Of a stretch of DNA of 64,000 nt, positions 42,710 through 51,251 are shown one piece after another. The position numbers and the translations under genes were made by a program. Under the pieces are notes generated by a model. The model saw nothing but the letters and a program-made list of their open reading frames with translations. It was not told where the DNA came from and searched no databases. The stretch is taken from contig CADASK010000024.1 of the NCBI GenBank assembly GCA_902790495.1, forward strand, positions 5,625-69,624, given 5' to 3'. Numbering within the stretch: the stretch's first letter is position 1; every line of letters starts with the position of its first letter. The DNA comes from an uncultured Eubacteriales bacterium. Its GTDB lineage: Bacteria; Bacillota; Clostridia; Christensenellales; Aristaeellaceae.

Positions 42710-42760
42710 GGCCTGCCCTTCACGAGGCGGAGACGCACCTGTTCGGCCTACAAGAACAAA

Positions 42761-42787
42761 ACCCGGCCTTTGAAGCCGGGTCTTTTT
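42761..42787. terminator. Bidirectional terminator between bioY and rubredoxin
   Basis: caaa ACCCGGC ctttgaa GCCGGGT cttttt. Confidence 0.8.
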
Positions 42788-42789
42788 GT

Positions 42790-42948
42790 TCACTCAACCT
42801 TGGTGAACGCGTCCTTGCCCAGGCCGCAGGTGGGGCACACCCAATCCTCGGGCACGTCTTCCCAGGCAGTGCCGGGGGCGATGCCGTTGTCCGGATCTCC
42901 CTCAGCGGGGTCATACACATAGCCGCAGGGGCATTCCCATTTGTCCAT
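42790..42948 (-). CDS. Rubredoxin
   Basis: Not in the ORF track (52 aa): [52 protein letters not shown], with CxxCG...CPxCG iron-binding pairs. GGAGG lies 7 nt upstream. Confidence 0.9.
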   Translation of the reverse strand: MDKWECPCGYVYDPAEGDPDNGIAPGTAWEDVPEDWVCPTCGLGKDAFTKVE

Positions 42949-43033
42949 TGCGAGGCCTCCTTTATGCTTTAGGATAGAAAAAGCATAGCATAGTTTGCGG
43001 GGGAAGTCAATTGCCCGGCGCGCGATTCAGGGC

Positions 43034-43061
43034 TTGCAAAGGGGTGGAAAGGTGGTATGAT
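43034..43061 (+). promoter_or_regulatory. Promoter of the Fic gene
   Basis: TTGCAA, 16-nt spacer, TATGAT. Confidence 0.45.
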
Positions 43062-43120
43062 GAAAGATGGCGAGCTTGTGTTGATAATTCAATGATAGAA
43101 GCTGCCGAAAGGATTCCATC

Positions 43121-44113
43121 ATGCATGAAGCCTACACTCCGCCCTTCCATATGACGGACGAAATCACTGCCCTGGCCATCGAGATCGGCGAGATGATCGG
43201 CCGGCTCTCCGTCAGCGCGGGTCTCAGCCCCGACCCAACGCTGCGCAGGGAAAGCCATATCCGCCGGGTCTATTCCTCGCTGGCCATCGAGCACAATACC
43301 CTTTCCCTCGACCAGGTGACGGATGTCATCGACGGGCACCGCGTGCTGGGGCCGCCCAAAGATATCCGGGAGGTCAAGAACGCCTACGAGGCCTACGAGC
43401 GCCTGAACAGCCTGAACCCCGCCTCGCAGGAAGATCTGCTGCTGGCCCACAGGCTGATGATGCAGGATCTGATCCCGGACGCGGGCTGTTACCGCAGCCG
43501 GGATGTCGGTGTGTACAGCGAGGGCCAGCTGATCCACGCCGGGACACCGGCGGCCTATGTGCCGGAGGTGATGAATCAGCTCTTCTCATGGCTGAACGAC
43601 GCCGCGGTGCATCCGCTCATCGCGGGCTGTATCTTCCACTATGAGTTTGAATTCATCCATCCGTTCTCGGATGGCAACGGACGCACAGGCAGGCTGTGGC
43701 ATTCGCTGATCCTGCAGAGATGGCAGCCCATTTTCGCCTGGCTTCCGGTGGAGAGCATGATCCACGAGCACCAGGCCGCCTATTATCAGGCCCTCGGCGC
43801 GTCAGACAGCACGGCCTTTGTCACGCTCATGCTGACCATCATCCGGGACATCCTGCGCGATCTGCGGCAGAACGCTTCAGAAGATGGCCATGTAAATGGC
43901 AGTGTAAATGGCAGTGTAAATGGCAGTGTAAACGAGGAAACCATCCTGCTGATTCTGCAAAAGAGACCCAAAGCCACCATCAAGCAGATCGCAGCGTGGA
44001 CCCATCTGTCTGTCCGACAGGTTTCCCGTCTGCTGGCAGGTCTGAAAGACAGCGGGAAGATTATCCGGCACGGGGCACCCAAGAACGGCTATTGGGAAGT
44101 GTCCTCCAACTGA
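43121..44113 (+). CDS. Fic-family protein (AMPylase-type) with C-terminal winged-helix domain
   Basis: Fic motif HPFSDGNGRTGR. N-terminal Fic_N-like SLAIEHNTL. C-terminal wHTH (IKQIAAWTHLSVRQVSRLLAGLKDSGKI). Confidence 0.85.
   Translation: MHEAYTPPFHMTDEITALAIEIGEMIGRLSVSAGLSPDPTLRRESHIRRVYSSLAIEHNTLSLDQVTDVIDGHRVLGPPKDIREVKNAYEAYERLNSLNPASQEDLLLAHRLMMQDLIPDAGCYRSRDVGVYSEGQLIHAGTPAAYVPEVMNQLFSWLNDAAVHPLIAGCIFHYEFEFIHPFSDGNGRTGRLWHSLILQRWQPIFAWLPVESMIHEHQAAYYQALGASDSTAFVTLMLTIIRDILRDLRQNASEDGHVNGSVNGSVNGSVNEETILLILQKRPKATIKQIAAWTHLSVRQVSRLLAGLKDSGKIIRHGAPKNGYWEVSSN
43892..43933 (+). repeat. 12-nt tandem repeat (3.5 copies) inside the Fic gene
   Basis: gtaaatggcagt x3 plus gtaaac, encoding VNGS-VNGS-VNGS-VN in the linker before the wHTH domain. 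Confidence 0.9.
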
Positions 44114-44130
44114 CCTCAAAGGAGTCCACC

Positions 44131-44784
44131 ATGCGCACCATAGGCCTGACAGGCGGCATTGCCTGCGGAAAAAGCAACGTATCTGCCGAGCTGAAGCGGC
44201 TTGGCGCCTTTGTCATCGACGGGGACGTCCTCACCCGGGAGCTGCAGGCCCCCGGCGGCGCGGCCCTGCCCGCCCTGCGCGAGGCCTTCGGCGACGGGAT
44301 CTTTGCCGCCGATGCGCCCGAAACCCTCGACCGCAAGGCCCTCGCCGCCCTGGTCTTCTCGGACAGCGCCGCGCTGGAAAAACTGGACGCGGTGATGCAG
44401 CCCCTCATCCTCGGCGAGATCCTCCGCCGCATGGAGGAGGCCCGCGCCCGGGGCGAGAGGCTGTGCGTGCTGGACATGCCCCTGCTCTACGAGAAGGGCC
44501 TGGAGCGCCTGTGCGACGCGGTGTGGTGCGTCAGCCTGCCGGAGGAGGAGCAGCTGGAGCGCCTCATGGCCCGGGACGGCATCGGCCGCGAGGCCGCCCT
44601 CGCCCGCATCCGCAGCCAGCTGCCCGCCGCCGAGAAGGCGCGCCGCGCGGACGTGGTGATTGACACGAGCGGCTCCATCGGGTACACTAAGAGCCTGGTT
44701 CCGCCCCTGGTTCGGCAGGAGCTTGCAAAGGAGGGGAGTGTCCTTGGATCAGCAGCCATGGCAGAGACGCACGGCGCGCTATGA
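44131..44784 (+). CDS. coaE: Dephospho-CoA kinase
   Basis: MRTIGLTGGIACGKSNV P-loop and typical length. RBS aaaggag upstream. Confidence 0.88.
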   Translation: MRTIGLTGGIACGKSNVSAELKRLGAFVIDGDVLTRELQAPGGAALPALREAFGDGIFAADAPETLDRKALAALVFSDSAALEKLDAVMQPLILGEILRRMEEARARGERLCVLDMPLLYEKGLERLCDAVWCVSLPEEEQLERLMARDGIGREAALARIRSQLPAAEKARRADVVIDTSGSIGYTKSLVPPLVRQELAKEGSVLGSAAMAETHGAL

Positions 44785-45790
44785 GCAGCCGGAGCGCCCC
44801 TCCTATGCCCCCAGAATCACAAAGGAATACGAGCTGCCGCAGCAGGGCTATGCGCCGCCCGCGCCCCAGGCCTTTCCCCAGCGCAGGGCCAGAGCCGCGG
44901 CCCAGCCCGAGCGCCGCATCCCGACCCCCGCGGCCCACGGCGTCTATGAGACAGAGGAGGAGGACGCTCCCCAGCCCCGCTACCAGGCGGCCTGGGAGCC
45001 CCAGCCCGTCGCCCGCTCGCGCATCCAGCGCGGCCGCCGCGACATCGAGGACCGCACGGAGGCCGAGGAGCGGGACGAGCGCCGCTCCCGCCGGGTGCGC
45101 GAGCGGACACCCTCCCGCATGCCGCGGCTGCTGTCCTTCGCCCTGGCGCTGATGCTCCTGGTGGTCATGGGGCTGCTGGCCTCGGACGCCATGATGTCCG
45201 CCTACCTCAAGCGCCAGCAGGAGGCCCGCGAGGCCGCCTACCAGGAGGTGCTGTCCAAGCATCCCCTCGACTACCGCGCCTACATCGAGCGCTACGCCGC
45301 GGAGTACAACCTGCAGCCCGCCTACGTGGCGGCCATCATCCTCAACGAATCCAGCTTCAACCCCTCCGCCGTGTCCAACGTGGGTGCGCGCGGGCTGATG
45401 CAGCTGATGGAGGACACCGCCGAGTGGATCAACGGCAAGCTGAACGTCTCGGGCTACAGCTTCCAGATGATGTACGACCCGGAGACCAACATCCGCTTCG
45501 GCTGCTGGTACCTGAGCTACCTGGCGCGCATGTTCGGCGGCGACCCGGTGTGCGTCACCAGCGCCTACCACGCGGGGCAGGGCACGGTGAGCAACTGGCT
45601 GCAGAACGGCCAGCTGCAGCGCGGCGGCGGCAACGCGGCCATCGAGGCCATGCCCGAGGGCCCCACAAAAACCTACGCAGGAAGGGTGACACGAGCCTAT
45701 GGCATCTACGACGCGCTCTACTACCACGCGTTCAACAGCGCTGCTGACGGCGCTGCTTCTGCTGCTCCTGGCGCTGACGCCGGCGGCTGA
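44744..45790 (+). CDS. Lytic transglycosylase (SLT domain) with disordered charged N-region and one TM segment
   Basis: AAIILNESSFNPSAVSNVGARGLMQLM SLT catalytic region. The start is uncertain: TTG 44744 lies 9 nt after aaggagg and overlaps the end of coaE. Confidence 0.7.
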   Translation: MDQQPWQRRTARYEQPERPSYAPRITKEYELPQQGYAPPAPQAFPQRRARAAAQPERRIPTPAAHGVYETEEEDAPQPRYQAAWEPQPVARSRIQRGRRDIEDRTEAEERDERRSRRVRERTPSRMPRLLSFALALMLLVVMGLLASDAMMSAYLKRQQEAREAAYQEVLSKHPLDYRAYIERYAAEYNLQPAYVAAIILNESSFNPSAVSNVGARGLMQLMEDTAEWINGKLNVSGYSFQMMYDPETNIRFGCWYLSYLARMFGGDPVCVTSAYHAGQGTVSNWLQNGQLQRGGGNAAIEAMPEGPTKTYAGRVTRAYGIYDALYYHAFNSAADGAASAAPGADAGG

Positions 45791-47288
45791 GGCCACCAAC
45801 GTGCGCGACACGCTGGTGGTGGGCATCCAGTCCACCAAGACCTCCGTGATCCGCCCCCTCGATCCGCTGGAGCGCGACATCCTCAGCGTCTACAACCTGG
45901 TCTATGAGTCCCTCGTCGTCATCGACGACAACTACCTGCCCCAGCCCGGCCTGGCCGAGAGCTGGGAGGAGAGCGGCGGCGGGCGCACCTGGACCTTCCA
46001 CATCCGCAGCGGCGTCACCTTCTCCGACGGCTCGCCGCTGACCGCCCGGGACGTGGTGGCCACCGCCGAGTACATCCTTGCCCGCGCGACGGACGAGAGC
46101 TCCGCCTCGCCGGGGTATTACTCCAACCTGCGCTATTTCTGCTCGAAGATCACCGCCTCCGACGATTACACCGTGGTCGTGCGCACGCCCACGGGCCGCA
46201 GCTATTTCGGCGTGCTCTACGCGATGACCTTCCCCGTGCTGCCCGCTGCCCTGGTGGACACCGACAACCCGCCGGGCACGGGCCCCTACGTCATCACCTC
46301 CTTCACCCCCAGCACCTACATCTCCCTGGACGCGAACATGAGCTGGTGGAAGAGCCTCCCCCAGGTGCGCTCCATCTCCTTCATGCTGCACGACACCCAG
46401 AAGGCCGTGATCGAGAGCTACGAGTACGCGCGGGTCAACACGATCTTCACCCGCTCCATCGCCGCGGCCCAGTACAAGTCCGGCATGAACTCCCTCTCCC
46501 TGGACTACCGCACCAACCAGCTGGAGGTGCTGCTGCTCAACCAGAGCTACGCCAAGCTCAAGAGCGAGGCCGTGCGCAAGGCCATCCGCTACGCGGTCAA
46601 CGTGGATTACATCGCCCAGAACGTCTACATGGGCATGGTGGACCGCACGGACACGCCCATGATCCCCGGCTCCTGGATGTACAACGACACCCTCGGCAGC
46701 TACTTCGTCAACGACGTGCAGGCCGCCCGCCAGCTGCTGGCCGACGACGGCTGGAGCGACACCAACGAGGACGGCGTGCTGGACAAGTTCACCGAGGAGG
46801 GCGAGACCCTCGACCTCAACCTGCGCCTCTACGTCTACGAGGAGCCGGACAACGACGTGCGCATCGAGACCGCCAACGTCATCAAGCAGCAGCTGGCGGA
46901 GATCGGCATGAACGTGGAGATCATCACCACCACCTACCTCGACATCCAGGAGAAGCTCTCCGCGGGCTCCTTCCACCTGGCGCTGTGCTCCTTCGCCATG
47001 GACGTCTGCCCCGACCCCGGCTTCCTGCTGATGAGCGGCAACACCGGCAACTACGGCCGCTACCGCTCCACCGCCATGACGGATCTGTGCAAGGAGCTGC
47101 GCGCCTGCGTCAACCAGCAGGACTACCGCGCCAAGCTGATGGACATCCAGCGGCGCTTCGCCGAGGACTGTCCCTTCATCTGCATGTTCTACCGCTCCGG
47201 CGCGGTGCTGACCCGGATGATGTACACCACCGCCAGGGATGTGCGGGAGGGCGAGCTGCTGCGGGGCATCGAGACCTTCAGGCCCTGA
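45699..47288 (+). CDS. ABC transporter substrate-binding protein, family 5 (peptide/nickel-type), orphan
   Basis: Signal peptide LLTALLLLLLALTPAAEA. GLAESWEESGGGRTWTFHIRSGVTFSDGSPLTARDV is typical of family-5 SBPs. No adjacent permease genes. Confidence 0.8.
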   Translation: MASTTRSTTTRSTALLTALLLLLLALTPAAEATNVRDTLVVGIQSTKTSVIRPLDPLERDILSVYNLVYESLVVIDDNYLPQPGLAESWEESGGGRTWTFHIRSGVTFSDGSPLTARDVVATAEYILARATDESSASPGYYSNLRYFCSKITASDDYTVVVRTPTGRSYFGVLYAMTFPVLPAALVDTDNPPGTGPYVITSFTPSTYISLDANMSWWKSLPQVRSISFMLHDTQKAVIESYEYARVNTIFTRSIAAAQYKSGMNSLSLDYRTNQLEVLLLNQSYAKLKSEAVRKAIRYAVNVDYIAQNVYMGMVDRTDTPMIPGSWMYNDTLGSYFVNDVQAARQLLADDGWSDTNEDGVLDKFTEEGETLDLNLRLYVYEEPDNDVRIETANVIKQQLAEIGMNVEIITTTYLDIQEKLSAGSFHLALCSFAMDVCPDPGFLLMSGNTGNYGRYRSTAMTDLCKELRACVNQQDYRAKLMDIQRRFAEDCPFICMFYRSGAVLTRMMYTTARDVREGELLRGIETFRP

Positions 47289-47315
47289 GGCGTCTGGATC
47301 CTTCTGACGATAAAA

Positions 47316-47356
47316 GGCTCCGGAATCCATGTCGCTGTGGATTCCGGAGCCTTTTT
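47316..47356 (+). terminator. Rho-independent terminator
   Basis: GGCTCCGGAATCCA tgtcgctg TGGATTCCGGAGCC ttttt. Confidence 0.85.
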
Positions 47357-47377
47357 GTGTTTTCTTCATGTTAGCAA

Positions 47378-47482
47378 GGGTTCCGCGCCTGCGGGCGCGG
47401 GCAAAGGGCTTTGCGATCGGTCCGGGGCTGCCGCCCGCTCTCCGCTGAAAACGCCATAACATGGCGTTTTCCGTTCCGCGCC
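47378..47482 (-). repeat. Family-1 repeat, long form, 5'-truncated/rearranged (C13)
   Basis: The reverse complement reads ggcgcggaac gGAAAACGCCATgttATGGCGTTTTCagcggagagcgggcggcagccccggaccga tcgcaaag CCCTTTGC CCGCGCC cgca GGCGCGG aaccc. Abuts the DUF2812 stop codon. Confidence 0.85.
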
Positions 47483-47483
47483 T

Positions 47484-47990
47484 TTATTCGTGAAGCAGGC
47501 GTTCCTTCTCCAGGGCTTCCTTTTTCCCGTGGATGCGGCCCAGGGCGTACATCAGCAGCGTGGCGCACAGCAGGTTCGCCCAGCCGAAGCGGGACGGGCT
47601 GAAGCTGTTGACAAAGCCGATCAGCAGGTTCGCGCCGCCCACCGCGGCCAGCATCTTGCCGATCTTGTCCAGGTGGCCGATGCGCGAATCGATGTCGGAA
47701 AACAGATCAAAGGGGCCGTCCGCCGTCTTTTTTCGGAAGTAGATCCACATCGCGTATCGGCCGATGTATTCCGCGCCGGTCTCCTGCATGAAGGAGATAT
47801 AGGCCTCGTCATAGGGGTGCATTTCCAGCCGCACGCTGTACTCGCCCGGCTCGCAGCACACAAAATGGTAGGTGGCGAGCCCCACGTCCTCCAGCACCCA
47901 GCCGTTCATCGCCATCTCGTTGAGCCAGGTCTCTTCCTTTTCAAAGCTCCAAACCCAGAACCATTTCCGGATCGTCTTTCTGTTCTCCAT
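47484..47990 (-). CDS. DUF2812 domain membrane protein
   Basis: RKWFWVWSFEKEETWLNEMAMNGWVL matches the DUF2812 N-terminus. Typical partner of PadR regulators. Confidence 0.7.
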   Translation of the reverse strand: MENRKTIRKWFWVWSFEKEETWLNEMAMNGWVLEDVGLATYHFVCCEPGEYSVRLEMHPYDEAYISFMQETGAEYIGRYAMWIYFRKKTADGPFDLFSDIDSRIGHLDKIGKMLAAVGGANLLIGFVNSFSPSRFGWANLLCATLLMYALGRIHGKKEALEKERLLHE

Positions 47991-47992
47991 CG

Positions 47993-48307
47993 TTACGCCT
48001 CCCGCAGTATCCTTTCCCCGTTGTCCGCCAGCTCCCGCAGCCTCGCCGTCTCCCGGCGCAGCACCTGCAGGCCGTCCTCCGTCAGTTTGTATTCCTTCCG
48101 CCGGCTGTCGTCCTGGGACGGCAGCTGGATGATCCAGCCCTTGTCGGTCAGGGCGCTCAGCGCGCCATACAGCGTCCCCGCCGCCAGGTGCACCCGGCCG
48201 CCGGACAGCTCCTCGGTCAGCTGCATGATGCCGTAGCCGTGGCGCGGCCTGACCAGGGAAAGAAGGATGTAGTACGTGGCCTCCGTCAGCGCGTATCCCT
48301 CCGCCAT
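47993..48307 (-). CDS. PadR-family transcriptional regulator
   Basis: YYILLSLVRPRHGYGIMQLTEELSGGRVHLAAGTLYGALSALTDKGWI is a PadR winged helix. Confidence 0.88.
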   Translation of the reverse strand: MAEGYALTEATYYILLSLVRPRHGYGIMQLTEELSGGRVHLAAGTLYGALSALTDKGWIIQLPSQDDSRRKEYKLTEDGLQVLRRETARLRELADNGERILREA

Positions 48308-48325
48308 GTTCTCACTCCCATCGTC

Positions 48326-48381
48326 GTTCGATATATCGATGTTCGATATATCGTGACTGCATTATATCGATGCCCGATATA
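48326..48381 (-). promoter_or_regulatory. Array of ATATCG-type palindromes (candidate PadR operators)
   Basis: gttCGATATATCg at 48326-48338 and 48341-48353 (period 15), plus TATATCG atgcc CGATATA at 48363-48381 inside the promoter spacer. Confidence 0.5.
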
Positions 48382-48389
48382 TTTGTCAA
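48361..48389 (-). promoter_or_regulatory. Consensus sigma-70 promoter of the padR operon
   Basis: Minus strand: TTGACA, 17-nt spacer, TATAAT (perfect consensus hexamers). Confidence 0.7.
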
Positions 48390-48490
48390 GAGGGTTTTTC
48401 AAATTTTCTTGATTGAGCGGCGGCACGAAAAAAAAGACCGCCGAACGCGGTCTATCATATTCAAGTTTACCATCCAAAACCTCTGCATGG

Positions 48491-48543
48491 GGATTCCGCG
48501 CCTGCGGGCGCGGCCAGGGCCTTCCGATCGCCCTGGACCTTCG
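48491..48543 (-). repeat. Family-1 repeat, short form (C14)
   Basis: The reverse complement reads cgaaggt CCAGGG cgatcggaagg CCCTGG CCGCGCC cgca GGCGCGG aatcc. Confidence 0.9.
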
Positions 48544-48613
48544 GGCTGCCCGCTTTGCAAACGTTTTGCTTTCTGATCTGAAGCAGAAGCCTTTCTGGTT
48601 CAAATACCCAAGC

Positions 48614-49876
48614 TCACTCTTCCTCATCCCGATACAGATCCGGCGCGGAGAAGTAGAGGTGATCCAGGGCGATGAAGGCGCCCTCGGCGTCCATTTCGGA
48701 GATGGAGCGGTGGTCGGCGATCAGCTGGAAGGGCACGCCGTCGGCGTAGTAGCGGAAGCCCGCCATCTCCTGCCACAGGGTCTCGCGGAACACCTCGTCC
48801 GCCGCGGCGTAGTCGCCCTGGAGAATCACCGTGTCCGGGTCGAACACGAGGCTCACGTTGCGCAGTACCGGCGCGAAGATGTGGGCCAGGGCCTTCGACA
48901 CGGCCTGGGCGGCGGCGTCCCCCTCCGCCGAGGCGCGGAACAGCTCGGAGATGGTGCAGTCCTCCTCATGGCCCGCCAGCGCGGAGTCCGGGTGTTTGGC
49001 TGTCTCCGCCGCGAGCATCACGCGCATCCTCCGCGGGCTGATCATCCGCTCGAAGCAGCCCCGGCTCCCGCAGCCGCAGGGCTCGGGGTCGTCCGGCGCC
49101 ACGGTCATGTGGCCGATCTCGCCGATGAGCGAGTGCCGTCCGTTGGTGATGCGCCCGTGCTCGATGAAGCTGCTCGATACGCCCCAGGTGGTGAACAGCA
49201 CCAGCACCCGCTGGTTCCGCAGGGTGGAATCCAGGAGGAAGGGCCGCGCGCACATCTTCCCGGCGTTCTCCAGCAGGATGGGCGTCTCGGTGCCCAGCAG
49301 GGCGGAGAGGCTGTCCAGCAGGTGGACGTGAGTGCCCCACTGCGGGGTGTGGGAGGAGAACATCAGCGTATTCGTCGCCCGGTCCACCGTGCCGCTGGTG
49401 GAGACGCTGGCGGCGCACACGTCCTGGGGCAGCACGCACTGCTCCCGCAGCAGCCGGGCGGCCAGGGCGGCGGCCTGCTTCGCCGTCTCCTCCGCCGTGG
49501 CGGGCAGGGGCTGGGGCAGGTTCAGCTTGCCGATCAGCGTGTGGCCGATGCTGTAGAGGCTCGCCCGCAGCTCCCTGGGCCACAGGGCGATGCTGAGGAA
49601 GTAACGGTTTTCCGAGAGGGTATAGTATTCCGGACGCTTGCCGCCCGCCGCCGTCGAGGAGCCCTTGCCCCTGGAGATCAGCAGGCCCTTGTCCTGGAAG
49701 AAGCGGATGCACTTGACCACCGTGGGCCGCGAGATGCCGGTCATTTGGCTGATGTCGCCCGCGCTCAGCCTCGCGCCCCGCCGGAAGGCGGACAGGACGC
49801 TGCGCCGGTTGACGATCTTCAGGTCGGCCAGCATGGCGGGGGAACCGGTCTCGGGGCGTATATCGATCTTTTCCAT
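48614..49876 (-). CDS. ROK-family transcriptional regulator (XylR-like)
   Basis: N-terminal wHTH (LSAGDISQMTGISRPTVVKCIRFFQDKGLL) and a ROK sugar-kinase-like body with a CGCGSRGC zinc motif. Confidence 0.85.
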   Translation of the reverse strand: MEKIDIRPETGSPAMLADLKIVNRRSVLSAFRRGARLSAGDISQMTGISRPTVVKCIRFFQDKGLLISRGKGSSTAAGGKRPEYYTLSENRYFLSIALWPRELRASLYSIGHTLIGKLNLPQPLPATAEETAKQAAALAARLLREQCVLPQDVCAASVSTSGTVDRATNTLMFSSHTPQWGTHVHLLDSLSALLGTETPILLENAGKMCARPFLLDSTLRNQRVLVLFTTWGVSSSFIEHGRITNGRHSLIGEIGHMTVAPDDPEPCGCGSRGCFERMISPRRMRVMLAAETAKHPDSALAGHEEDCTISELFRASAEGDAAAQAVSKALAHIFAPVLRNVSLVFDPDTVILQGDYAAADEVFRETLWQEMAGFRYYADGVPFQLIADHRSISEMDAEGAFIALDHLYFSAPDLYRDEEE

Positions 49877-50004
49877 GGAAGATCCCGTCCTCCTTTCGGT
49901 TTGGTAAGAGAGATGCGTAACTTATTGTCCGAACAAAGTGTACCACAAGATGTGCCTTTTTGCAAACATTACGGCACAGAATCAGAAAATTTTCGACAGG
50001 GTGC

Positions 50005-50033
50005 TTGACAGACGGGCGGGCATGCTGTACAAT
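50005..50033 (+). promoter_or_regulatory. Promoter of the chvE-gguAB-xylB operon
   Basis: TTGACA, 17-nt spacer, TACAAT. Confidence 0.65.
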
Positions 50034-50045
50034 AGCATCAAGTTA

Positions 50046-50071
50046 AGAAAGAATGTTGCGTAACATTCTTT
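50046..50071 (+). promoter_or_regulatory. Perfect 11-bp inverted repeat (candidate ROK repressor operator)
   Basis: GAAAGAATGTT gcgt AACATTCTTTC, 13 nt downstream of the -10 box. Confidence 0.55.
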
Positions 50072-50119
50072 CACAATCTCATCAAACGCCCGAAAGGGCA
50101 AGAAAAGGAGTGCTCCTGT

Positions 50120-51166
50120 ATGAAGAAGCTCGTATCAATTCTCCTCGTCCTGGCGCTCTGCCTGTCCGCGACCGCCGCGATGGCTGCCGGCAAGGTCGGC
50201 GTGGCCATGCCCACCGAGAGCCTGCAGCGCTGGAATCAGGACGGCGCCAACATGAAGGCCCAGCTGGAGGCCGCCGGCTATGAGGTCGACCTGCAGTACG
50301 CCAACAACGACGTGGCCCTCCAGGTCAGTCAGCTTGAGAACATGATCCTGGGCGGCGCTCAGGTGCTGGTCGTCGCCTCCATCGACGGCGGCGCGCTGGA
50401 CACCGTGCTGGCCCAGGCCAAGGAAGCCGGCATCCCGGTCATCGCCTATGACCGTCTGCTGACCGGCACCAAGAACGTCGACTACTACACCACCTTCGAC
50501 AACTACGGCGTGGGCACCATCCAGGGCACCTATGTGAAGGAAAAGCTGGATCTGGACAACGCCGAGGGCCCCTTCACCATCGAGTTCACCGCCGGCTCCC
50601 CCGACGACAACAACGCGCTGCTGTTCTTCCAGGGCGCCTATGACGTGCTGGCTCCCTACATCGAGGCCGGCAAGCTGGTCGTCAAGTCCGGCCAGACCAC
50701 TTTCGAGCAGTGCGCCACCCCCGCCTGGAAGTCTGAGACCGCCCAGGCCCGCATGGACAACATCCTGACCGCCAACTACTCCGACGGCACCAAGCTGGAT
50801 GTGGCCCTGTGCTCCAACGACTCCACCGCTCTGGGCGTGACCAACTCCCTGATCTCCTTCGGCCTCACGGCTGACGAGATGCCCATCATCACCGGTCAGG
50901 ACTGCGACAAGCCCAACACCAAGAACATGATCGCGGGCCTGCAGAGCATGTCCGTGTTCAAGGATACCCGCGTGCTGGCCGAGCAGACCGTGAAGATGGT
51001 CGGCGACCTGCTGGAAGGCAAGACCCCCGAGACCAACGCCACCTATGCCAACGGCGTGATGGATGTTCCTTCCTACAACTGCACGCCCCTGTTTGCCGAC
51101 GTGAACAACTACGCCGAGCTGCTGCTGGATTCCGGCTACTACACCGCCGAGGATCTGGCCAACTGA
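50120..51166 (+). CDS. chvE: Multiple-monosaccharide ABC transporter substrate-binding protein (ChvE-like)
   Basis: Extended similarity to Agrobacterium ChvE as I recall it (VGVAMPT..RW..DG...QL..AGY..DLQYA..D...Q..Q.ENM...G..VLV.ASIDG; SPDDNNA; GKLVVKSGQ; AQARMDN; FKDTR). Confidence 0.88.
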   Translation: MKKLVSILLVLALCLSATAAMAAGKVGVAMPTESLQRWNQDGANMKAQLEAAGYEVDLQYANNDVALQVSQLENMILGGAQVLVVASIDGGALDTVLAQAKEAGIPVIAYDRLLTGTKNVDYYTTFDNYGVGTIQGTYVKEKLDLDNAEGPFTIEFTAGSPDDNNALLFFQGAYDVLAPYIEAGKLVVKSGQTTFEQCATPAWKSETAQARMDNILTANYSDGTKLDVALCSNDSTALGVTNSLISFGLTADEMPIITGQDCDKPNTKNMIAGLQSMSVFKDTRVLAEQTVKMVGDLLEGKTPETNATYANGVMDVPSYNCTPLFADVNNYAELLLDSGYYTAEDLAN

Positions 51167-51251
51167 TCTCGGACGCCCAGGCAAGGATCCCAGGGACGGA
51201 CGGCCTTCGTCCGTCCCTGATTTTCCATTCGGACAAAGGGGGAAGCGTACT

